A DNA stretch of 64,000 bases from Thermoanaerobaculia bacterium. Lineage in GTDB: Bacteria > Acidobacteriota > Thermoanaerobaculia > Gp7-AA8. The position numbers were made by a program, and so were the translations under genes. The notes under the pieces are model-generated. The model had not been told where the DNA came from. It did not search any database and was given only the letters and a program-made list of their open reading frames with translations. Numbering within the stretch: position 1 is the stretch's first letter; the number at the start of each line of letters is the position of its first letter. The DNA is taken from contig DATHRD010000081.1 in the NCBI GenBank assembly GCA_035482045.1, forward strand, positions 88,149 to 152,148, read 5' to 3'. Shown piece after piece: positions 33,405 through 42,000 of this stretch.

Positions 33405-33908
33405 ATGTGGACCGCACGCCGAATCATCAAAGAACTCGCTGATCCTGACCGCCGCCGGCGCATCCTCGTGGCCTTCTGGCGCTTCGGCGAGGATACGGCC
33501 AAGCTGATCGCCGTCGCTCAGTTGGCCAAGGCGCTGCACTTTCGCGAAGAATCGATCCGGAAGATGCCGGTGGAGAAGAAGGCCGATCTCTTCGCCTCGC
33601 GTGCCTCGGCACCGGAATACGAACAGCCGCTCGAGGCCGCGCTGATGCACTACCACACGCACGAGCAGAGCGCTCTCTTGGCGGCCTTCCTCGATTACTG
33701 GAAGATCCCGCACGTCAACGGCTCGATCGAGGTCGACGACTATGCCACCCCATCCCTCGATCAGGTGCGCGCCGCGGCGCGCGAACTCAGCGATTTCCCG
33801 CCGCGCGATGTCGCCATCTATCTCGCCTCGGCCGGGCTGCTCATGGGTGAAGGATGGCGCGAGTCAACATGGCCGGTGGTTGACGAGATGGCAGGGGCGC
33901 TGACCTAG
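33405..33908 (+). CDS. Hypothetical protein (167 aa)
   Basis: ATG-initiated ORF with balanced, non-repetitive composition (MWTARRIIKELADPDRRRRILVAFWRFGED...). No motif recognised. Confidence 0.55.
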   Translation: MWTARRIIKELADPDRRRRILVAFWRFGEDTAKLIAVAQLAKALHFREESIRKMPVEKKADLFASRASAPEYEQPLEAALMHYHTHEQSALLAAFLDYWKIPHVNGSIEVDDYATPSLDQVRAAARELSDFPPRDVAIYLASAGLLMGEGWRESTWPVVDEMAGALT

Positions 33909-34016
33909 GAGCCTGCGCAACAGAACGTTCGAGCGCGCCTGTTGGTCGAGCCTTGGGCAACCAATGCTGCCGGCCGTGCCGGCTAGCCTGCCCCGGGCTG
34001 AATATACTCGTGATCT

Positions 34017-35831
34017 GTGCTCGACCCCCGCCTCACCTACGACGAACGGCTGACGAAACATCGCGCCGAAGCCGGCGCGCTTCGATCGCGCGAACGCGCA
34101 ATATCGATGGCGCGCATCGTTCTCTTCATTGCTGCCGCGGTCATCGCCGTGGTTCATTTCAGCGGATGGATTGCCATTCCGATCGTCGGCTTCGTCGCCC
34201 TCGTCATCGCGCACGACAAGGTGATCAAACGCCGATGCCGTGCCGATGCCGCCGCCCGATTCTGCGAGCGCGGTATCGAGCGGCTGAGCGGCCAATGGCA
34301 AGGGAAAGGGTTCGCCGGCGCCGGCTTTGCCGGCGAACATCATCCCTTCGCCGACGATCTCGACTTGTTCGGGACAGGATCGATTTACGAGCTGCTCTGC
34401 CTTGCGGCGACGGCCACCGGACGTTCGACGCTGGCTCGATGGCTTCTGCATCCCGGCAACGTCACAGCCGCTGAGATACACGAGAGGCAGGCCGCAGTCG
34501 AAGAGCTGCGCGGGGGCGTCGATCTGCGCGAGGAAGTCTTCGTCGCTGCCACCGAGGTGGCCAAGGATGTCAAGGAAGCCAGGCTCGATGAATGGTCGCG
34601 CAGCAGCCCGTCGCTCGGCAGGGGAGAACGAGTTGCGGCGATCGGGATCACCGCGCTGACGTTGATCGCCTCCGCCATCGGAATCCCGTCCCTCGTGGCC
34701 CGATTCGTCAACGCCACGAATCCCGGTGCCATGGCGGCGCACTCGCCGCTGGAGTCGCTGCCGTTCCTGGTGATGATCGTCGTGGTCAGCCTATTCACAC
34801 GCCGGCTGGCCTCACGCGTCATCAGCGTCGTCGGCGCGGTCGAGCAGCGCGAGCCTGCCTTTGCCTTGCTGGCCGGGTTGCTGGCCGTGATCGAGCGCCA
34901 ATCGTTTTCCGCTCCCCGGCTGATCGCTCTCCGCGCCACGCTCGAACGCGACGGCGTCCCCGCATCGCACCAGATCGAGCGGTTGCGCAAGCTCGTGGCC
35001 CTGCTCGAGGCGCGGCGCAATCAGTTCTTCGCCCCGTTCGCCATGCTTTTTCTATGGACGACACATATCGCATTCGCCATCGAGCGCTGGCGCGCCGAAT
35101 CGGGCGCCGAGGTCGTCGCCTGGATTGACGCCATCGGCGAGATGGAGGCCCTTCTCTCGCTGAGCTCCTTCGCCTTCGAGCATCCGTCCTTCGCGATGCC
35201 CGAGGTGATCGGCGGTGACGCGCTCTTCGACGGCGATGCCGTCGGCCATCCGCTCATCCCCGACGGCCGGCGCGTCGCCAACGACGTCCGCATCGGCGGC
35301 GAGCTTCGCCTCCTCATCGTCAGCGGTTCGAACATGTCGGGCAAGAGCACGCTGCTGCGCGCCATCGGCGTCAACACGATCCTCGCTCTGGCCGGCGCTC
35401 CTGCCTGCGCTTCGCGTCTGCGCGTGAGCCCGATGGCGGTCGGCGCCTCGATCAGCCTCAACGACTCGCTGCAGGAAGGAGCCTCCCGCTTCTACGCCGA
35501 GATCCTCCGCATCCGCGACATCCTCGGCACCCAGCCGCCCCTCCTCTTCCTCCTCGACGAGGTCCTCGGCGGAACGAACTCCCACGATCGCCGCATCGGC
35601 GCCGAGGCCATCATCAGAAGTCTCGTTGCCCGAGGCGCCATCGGCCTGGCCACGACCCACGACCTCGCCCTTGCCCAGATCGCCGAGGAGCTGTCTCCTC
35701 GGGGTGCGAACGTCCACTTCGAAGACCGCGTCGAAGAGGGCCGGGTTACCTTCGACTACCGCATGCGCCCGGGAGTCGTGACGAAGAGCAACGCCCTGGA
35801 GCTGATGCGGGCGGTGGGAATCGAGGTGTGA
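34017..35831 (+). CDS. MutS-related protein (MutS ATPase domain V with N-terminal TM segments; no mismatch-binding or Smr domain visible)
   Basis: GTG 34017. Two N-terminal hydrophobic helices. LLIVSGSNMSGKSTLLRAIGVNTILALAGAP (Walker A), LLFLLDEVLGGTNSHDR (Walker B), ATTHDLAL. Confidence 0.85.
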   Translation: MLDPRLTYDERLTKHRAEAGALRSRERAISMARIVLFIAAAVIAVVHFSGWIAIPIVGFVALVIAHDKVIKRRCRADAAARFCERGIERLSGQWQGKGFAGAGFAGEHHPFADDLDLFGTGSIYELLCLAATATGRSTLARWLLHPGNVTAAEIHERQAAVEELRGGVDLREEVFVAATEVAKDVKEARLDEWSRSSPSLGRGERVAAIGITALTLIASAIGIPSLVARFVNATNPGAMAAHSPLESLPFLVMIVVVSLFTRRLASRVISVVGAVEQREPAFALLAGLLAVIERQSFSAPRLIALRATLERDGVPASHQIERLRKLVALLEARRNQFFAPFAMLFLWTTHIAFAIERWRAESGAEVVAWIDAIGEMEALLSLSSFAFEHPSFAMPEVIGGDALFDGDAVGHPLIPDGRRVANDVRIGGELRLLIVSGSNMSGKSTLLRAIGVNTILALAGAPACASRLRVSPMAVGASISLNDSLQEGASRFYAEILRIRDILGTQPPLLFLLDEVLGGTNSHDRRIGAEAIIRSLVARGAIGLATTHDLALAQIAEELSPRGANVHFEDRVEEGRVTFDYRMRPGVVTKSNALELMRAVGIEV

Positions 35832-35846
35832 GGGGGGCAGCAGAGA

Positions 35847-36155
35847 TCAAACGCCGCGCCGCGCTGCTGACGCCAAAGCTCTGGCCACGACGCCGGGAGC
35901 TTTCGACGCAACGACGAGGAGCGCCCTCGCTGGGCCTTGCGGTTCACGCCGGCCCTGCTCCCAGTTCTGGAGCGTCGATAGGGTGACCCCGATCATTTGC
36001 GCGAACTCGCTTTGGGACTTCTGAAGTTTCTCGCGGATTGAGCGAACGTCTTCGGGCTTGAACACGAACTTGCGTGAAGGTGGCGTTTCGCCGCGATGGA
36101 TCTTGCCTGCCTGTTGAACGCTTTCCACCAGTTCGGCAAAGAGCTGCTTTTTCAT
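35847..36155 (-). CDS. XRE-type HTH antitoxin (HigA-2/NadS-like)
   Basis: ..IREKLQKSQSEFAQMIGVTLSTLQNWEQGRREPQGPARALL is a typical HTH_XRE. It overlaps the upstream toxin gene by 4 nt. Confidence 0.75.
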   Translation of the reverse strand: MKKQLFAELVESVQQAGKIHRGETPPSRKFVFKPEDVRSIREKLQKSQSEFAQMIGVTLSTLQNWEQGRREPQGPARALLVVASKAPGVVARALASAARRGV

Positions 36156-36478
36156 GGGAACTCCTCCGTGACAAGCTTCTTCAAGATTCGCTTCTCAGAC
36201 GCCGAAAGATCATCCTGCGCTCCCTTTGAGTACGCGAGAAGCATGTAGATGACGCTGCCGGGGCTGTACCAGTAATAGATGATCCGCATACCGCCGCGCT
36301 TCCCTTTGCCACGATTCTGTTGATGCCACCGGATTTTGCGAAGTCCACCTGACCCGGGGATCAGATCTCCGGATTCAGGATTGACGATGAGTGTTCCCTG
36401 GAGAGTTGCATACTCCAAATCACTCAGGAGCGCCGCGATTCGTCGGGTGAATACCGGCGTTTCGAGGAAGATAAGCAT
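36152..36478 (-). CDS. RelE/HigB-2-like toxin (type II TA, toxin-first order)
   Basis: ..NPESGDLIPGSGGLRKIRW....GKGKRGGMRIIYYWYSPGSVIYMLLAYSKGAQDDLS is characteristic of the HigB-2-type (RelE-superfamily) toxins that precede an XRE antitoxin. Confidence 0.75.
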   Translation of the reverse strand: MLIFLETPVFTRRIAALLSDLEYATLQGTLIVNPESGDLIPGSGGLRKIRWHQQNRGKGKRGGMRIIYYWYSPGSVIYMLLAYSKGAQDDLSASEKRILKKLVTEEFP

Positions 36479-36556
36479 CCTCTGTAGTGTACGTCAATGG
36501 CTGATAGAACGATTCCTGACGTGAGAGGATTCCGAAGGAGTTCGACATCTCAGGTG

Positions 36557-36694
36557 ACAGGCGCGGGTGAGGAGACCGACGCAGACGACGACGTACACAC
36601 TGACGGCGACCGGCGCGGGCGGCACGATGACGGGCCAGGCCACTGTAACGGTGTCGCAGCCGCCACCGCCGAGGCGCCGGGCAGTGCTGCACTA
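36557..36694 (+). pseudogene. Orphan C-terminal fragment of an Ig-like-domain protein gene
   Basis: The frame starting after TGA 36554-36556 reads QARVRRPTQTTTYTLTATGAGGTMTGQATVTVSQPPPPRRRAVLH*. The motif TTTYTLTATGAGG..QATVTV is a typical last strand of bacterial Ig-like domains. No upstream coding continuation exists. Confidence 0.35.
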
Positions 36695-36746
36695 AGGGGA
36701 CAGGTTCGCGCGTCCGGCTCGGTTGAGGTAGGCTCCCTCCTTCCAT

Positions 36747-37736
36747 ATGGCCAATGGAGCGCAGAGCGTCTTCGAGGAGAGCGATCGTCTGGTCGCCTCG
36801 GTCATGTCCGAGGACGACGGTGCACGGGAACGGGCCGCCGAGGCTCTGCTGCTCGACGACGCCCGCCGCGTCATCCGCCGTGTCCTCCTCAGCAGCCGCC
36901 ATAACGTTCGCGAAGACGATTTCGCCGACATCGTTTCCACGGTGAACCTTCGCATCGTGCGGCGCCTTCGCCAACGCGATCAGGAGTCGATCGCCAACTT
37001 CGCTGACTACGTGGCCACGCTCACGTACAACGTCATCTACGACTTTCTGCGCAGCCGCTATCCCCAGCGCACGCGCCTGAAGAATCGCGTCCGTTACGCC
37101 CTGCAGAAGGACGGCCGCTTCGCGCTCTGGGAGGCGAATGGGGAGACAGTGGCGGGTCTGGCCTCGTGGGTCGGGCGCGAGCCTGGATCGATGCCTGTCC
37201 AGTCTGCCGACATCGCCTCGGTCGCTGCCGCCGACCCTCAACGGACGGCAAAGGGCATCGGAGCCGTCTTCGCCCACACCGAAGCGCCGATGCTGCTGGA
37301 CGGCCTGGTGACGTTGCTGGGCGAAATGTGGAATGTGACCGATCTGCACGGGCTGGCCGGGAACGACGACGTAGCGTCCGCGGCCGCCGGTCCCGCGGCG
37401 CAGTACGAGTCGCGGCAATATCTGGCCAGGGTTTGGGAGGAAGTGCGTACGCTGCGGCAGCCGCAACGTGCGGCGCTGCTTCTCAACCTGCGGGATGGCG
37501 ACGGCCGGAATGCGGTGGCCCTGCTTCTGCTGGCCCGGATCGCCACCGCCGAACAGATCGCCGAGGCTATCGGCATCACGCCCCGGAGACTGACCGAGAT
37601 CTGGAACGACCTTCCCCTTGATGATCTGAGCATCGCTTCGATGCTCGGAGGGACGAGGCAACAGGTCATCAATTTGCGAAAGGCCGCGCGCGAACGGCTC
37701 ACGCGCAGAATGAATCTTGACCGGCGAAAGCCATAA
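36747..37736 (+). CDS. ECF-like sigma-70 family factor with a long (~130-150 aa) insertion between sigma2 and sigma4
   Basis: The sigma2-like part is DDFADIVSTVNLRIVRRL....FADYVATLTYNVIYDFLRSRYP. The sigma4-like part is LRQPQRAALLLNL....LSIASMLGGTRQQVINLRKAARERL. At 329 aa it is far longer than ~190-aa ECFs. The start is uncertain because no clear RBS is present. Confidence 0.7.
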   Translation: MANGAQSVFEESDRLVASVMSEDDGARERAAEALLLDDARRVIRRVLLSSRHNVREDDFADIVSTVNLRIVRRLRQRDQESIANFADYVATLTYNVIYDFLRSRYPQRTRLKNRVRYALQKDGRFALWEANGETVAGLASWVGREPGSMPVQSADIASVAAADPQRTAKGIGAVFAHTEAPMLLDGLVTLLGEMWNVTDLHGLAGNDDVASAAAGPAAQYESRQYLARVWEEVRTLRQPQRAALLLNLRDGDGRNAVALLLLARIATAEQIAEAIGITPRRLTEIWNDLPLDDLSIASMLGGTRQQVINLRKAARERLTRRMNLDRRKP

Positions 37737-37762
37737 AGGAGACGCCTCGCCGTCTATACCCA

Positions 37763-38830
37763 ATGAGAGGGCACATCACGAGTCAAGAGATGCATTTGGC
37801 GTCCGGGGGGGCGATCGATCCTGATTCGCTGCTCGAGATCAGCCGTCACCTCGACGCATGTGACCACTGCGCGCGACGAGCCGCGGAACTGGCCGACGTC
37901 GACGCGCTGGCCGCCGGTATGCGCGAAGCGATCTCCGCGGACGAACATCCGGCGATGGCGGATCTCACCGCGTATGCCGAGGACGAGATCGACGAGGCGG
38001 CGCGCGAGTGGGTCGAGGCGCATCTGGAGTCGTGCATCCGCTGCCGCGAAGACGTGGCCGACATCCGCGCGGAGCAGGAGAGCCTCGGCGGCGGATGGCG
38101 CGGGTGGCAGTGGATCGCAGCCGGGATTCTCGTCCTCGCTGCGACCGGAGCAGGCACGATGTGGCTGCAGCGTAGATCGGGGTTACCGTCGTCGCCGCCA
38201 GGCCGGAGCTCGCACATCCAGGCGCCTCACGCTCCACCCTCTCCGCCGCCCGATTCATTCAGTGAGATCGAGCGCTTGGTCCTGGCCGCCGGCCGGATCG
38301 AGCCTCCGAAGATTCTCCAGGCGCTCCGGCCGGTGGCACAGACGCTCCGTGGCAGCGAGACGGCCGTCGTCGCCGAGTTGCATCCCGCCGGCGAGGTGGT
38401 CGAAGACGACCGGCCTGCCTTTAGCTGGACGGCGACGCCCGGCGCCCGGTATGTCGTCATGGTTCTCGCCAACGACGAGCCGGTTGCCACCAGCGAGCCA
38501 CTCGGAGACACCGAGTGGAGGCCCTCGCGTCCCCTTCGCCGAGGAACGACGTACTCCTGGCAGGTCGAGACCCGGCGCTCCGACGGTTCGACGACGGTCG
38601 CTCCCGCTCCCCCTCAGCCGGAGGCGCTCTTCCGCATCGCGGATGCGGACACGCTCGCCGAAATCGACGCCGCAAGCCGCGCCCACCCCGACGATCACCT
38701 TCTCCTGGCCATCCTCTATGCCCGGGCCGGGATGAAGACTCGCGCCGTGGCGGAGCTGGACTCCCATCTGGCCGCGCATCCCGCCGACGCCCAAGCCGCC
38801 TCCCTGGCGGATGGCATCCGGCGCTGGTGA
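37763..38830 (+). CDS. Anti-sigma factor, zf-HC2 (ZAS) type, single-pass, with an extracytoplasmic domain
   Basis: Two H-x3-C-x2-C motifs are present: HLDACDHCARR and HLESCIRCRED. TM segment WQWIAAGILVLAATGAGTMWL. A ~210-aa C-terminal domain follows. The gene starts 27 nt after the sigma gene. Confidence 0.75.
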   Translation: MRGHITSQEMHLASGGAIDPDSLLEISRHLDACDHCARRAAELADVDALAAGMREAISADEHPAMADLTAYAEDEIDEAAREWVEAHLESCIRCREDVADIRAEQESLGGGWRGWQWIAAGILVLAATGAGTMWLQRRSGLPSSPPGRSSHIQAPHAPPSPPPDSFSEIERLVLAAGRIEPPKILQALRPVAQTLRGSETAVVAELHPAGEVVEDDRPAFSWTATPGARYVVMVLANDEPVATSEPLGDTEWRPSRPLRRGTTYSWQVETRRSDGSTTVAPAPPQPEALFRIADADTLAEIDAASRAHPDDHLLLAILYARAGMKTRAVAELDSHLAAHPADAQAASLADGIRRW

Positions 38831-39043
38831 GCCGGCACGGCTGACCTCGCTGATTTGGCGTAATTCGGTCCGGACCAGCCAGGCTTTTTTAACACCCACG
38901 CAAGCGCGCGGTAATTTCGGAGTTCCATCCGCCGTCTTCCAGACGAATGGTGACTTGAAGCGCGTCAATCCGGGCGAAGTCAAGGCGCCCGCGGAATCGG
39001 CAAGAGTTCGCTTCACCAAAATTTCGTAGAGGAGGCTCGTTTA

Positions 39044-42000
39044 ATGCGAGTTTCAAATTCCAGGAGACTTCCCATGAAATCGATCTATCTGGCAGCGGTC
39101 GCTGTCGCGGCGCTCTCGCTGTTCGTCGCGCCCAACCTCAGCGCTTGTGTCTCCAACGACACGATGATGTCCTATCACGGCGGCGGCGATGAAACCGACC
39201 TGAACGACTACGGCGCGCTTTTCATCGACGCTGGCGATCCGGGCTGCGCCAAAGACGCGATGACCAGGCTCACTAAGAAATTGGAGAGCCACCTTGCCTC
39301 TTCCAGCCCGTTTCAGCACTGGGGCGACGGCTACTACGTCGCGCTCATCTACGGCGCAGCTCTTCGCCTCGGCGAACAGGGTTGGGCAATGAAAGATCTC
39401 GACTGGCAACTCGACTACTCGCCTGACGAATCTCCGCATGCGACGGTTGCGAACAAGTTCATGCATGTAGACTCCGGTAGCAACGGCGTCCCGGCCTGTA
39501 ATCCGGATGGATTCAACACCTGTATGGACGACTTTGCCGGCAGCGCGGCTGGCTACGCGTGGATGGCGGTGTACAAATCGCGCCGCGTCATGCCCGGGCA
39601 CAACACCACTGACGATGTGAAGGCCGCGCTTGGCCTTGCCGCTCTTCACATTCATAACTCGCTGAGTCAGTCGACGGGCGCCATCTGCATTCGCAAGCTG
39701 CCCCTCGATGACAACACCCGACTGTTCCCGATCTGCGACGGCACGATCGATATGCTCACGGCCGGAACCGCTCAGACGTTATCCGTCAACGGCACAGTCC
39801 AGCTCATTCATTATGGATTCGGTCTGATGACCAGCGTGCTTTCCGCCGCCCAGGGCTATGAAATCGCTTCCGCCACTCTCACCCCCAAAGGCGGACCGAT
39901 CGTTTTCTCACCCTCGGAAATAGCGATCGCGAAAGGACTCTACGATGAAATCGTGCGGCACACTGATACGTCCGGGAACTTCCTGCCCCCAGATTGTCTC
40001 AAGCTCGTGGGTGGTGTGATCGAGGGAAACTCGCCGTGCGACGGCAGTTTCATCGGCGATAAAAGCTACGCGGGCTCGGCGTACGAGCCGAACATGTACC
40101 AGCTGAAGGGGGCATACGACAAATACTTCCCTCGTGTCATTCCAGATGAAAGCACCCCACCGGAAATGACCCCTTATATCTCGAACAACTTCCAAATTGG
40201 TTTGTTCCCCAATGTCTCCGATCCCAAGGATCACTTCGGATATGGCCGTCTCGCTACGTATCGCGACATGGGAGGATACTGGATCCCGGGCGGCAACCCA
40301 AACATGCCGTCGGACGGACCGCCGAACATGCCGTCTGACGTTTACGATCCGCTTCCGGGCTCCCTCAGCATCAGCCCCTCCGGATACGCAACCGGCTGGA
40401 CCTGCGATCAGGATGCGCCGAACGGAGCGATCGAAGTGGATTTCTACACAGGCGATCTCTGGCCGCCTGTATACGTTCTACCAGTAGCCACTACCTACGC
40501 GAACCTCGCGAGTGAGAGCGCCGTCAATTCGGCGTGCTCGCCGGACGGTATCTTGAGCGGCGGTACAGCGCATCGATTCGCGATCCAATTGCCGCCCCAG
40601 GCAGCGGGCCTGGCTATCCACGCGTTTGGGCTCGACTACACGTGGTACGGATTCACCGAGCTCCTTTGCTCGTCAGGTACGGTGTGCTCCTTTGCCGCCT
40701 GCTCCACGGCAACGATCACCGCGCAACCGGTGAGCAGCCCGGGGTCGATCGCCTCCGGTGAAAGCTCCACTCTGACGATTGGGGTGAGCGGCACATCGCC
40801 AACCATTCAGTGGTACACCTCTTCCGGCACGTATGTCGGCTCGGGCTCGAGCATCACCGTCAGCCCGACAACGACCACGACGTACTATGCGACTGTCGGC
40901 AATTCCTGCACATCAACATTCCCGAGCGCGAATGTGACGGTCAGCGTCAGCCCGACTTGCATTACGGCGACGATCACCGCTCAACCCGTCAGTAACCCGG
41001 GCACGATCGGATCGGGTGGAAGCTCCACCCTGACGATCGGCGTGAGCGGCACATCGCCAACCATTCAGTGGTACACCTCTTCCGGCACGTATATCGGCTC
41101 GGGCACGTACTGCGCCGTCAGCCCGACAACGAACACGACGTACTATGCGATCGTCAGCAATTCCTGCACATCGCCGATTCAAAGCGCGAACGTCTCCGTG
41201 ATCGTCGTGCCCTGCTCGCCGCCGGTGATCGTCATGCAACCTGCTGGATCGACGATCGCCTCGGGGCAGACGGCCACACTCTCGCTGAGTGCGAGCGGCA
41301 GTCAGCCTCTTTCCATCCAATGGTTCACCGCCCTCGGGGCCCCCGCCGGAACCGGGGCCACGATCACCGTTTCACCGGCGGAAACGACCGGCTATTACGC
41401 AACCGTCAGTAACAGCTGCGGCTCGGTGAACACCCAGACCGTCACGATCACTGTTTCCGTCTGTGCCGCTCCAGTCATCACCAGCCAGCCTCAAGGCCTC
41501 TCCGTCTTTTTCGGAAGCACCGCCACGCTCAGCGTCACCGCCACGGTCACCACGGCCACGCCATTGACCTATCAGTGGTACGTGGGCGACAGCGGCACGA
41601 CGACCTCGCCGATCTCTGGGGCGACGAGCTCCAGCTACACCACGCCGCCGCTGACCACGGACACGAGCTACTGGGTGGCCGTCTCATCCGATATCTGCGG
41701 TCCGACGCTGAGCGATGCGGCCATTGTCTCGATCTGCCCGCTGCCGCCGACCATGCCCGCCGCGCCCGATCAAACGATCCGCCTCGGTCAGACGGCGCAC
41801 GTGGAGCTCGCGCCGTTCTCTCCACCCACCGGGAACACCTTCTTCTGGTATCAGGGCGCCTCCGGCGACACCTCGAATCCTCTCGGAGACTTCACCGGAG
41901 ACTGGGGGCCGTACGACTACATCGATGTTTCCCCGGCGGTGACGACCCAGTATTGGGCGCAGATCAAGAACGGCAGCTGCGTCGCCAACACCGGCACCAC

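Noticed and set aside
36420-37763. ORF 36420..37763 - (447 aa), antisense to the sigma factor gene and overlapping higB.
   Set aside because: It has no motifs and an Arg/Gly-rich composition, and it conflicts with two motif-supported genes.
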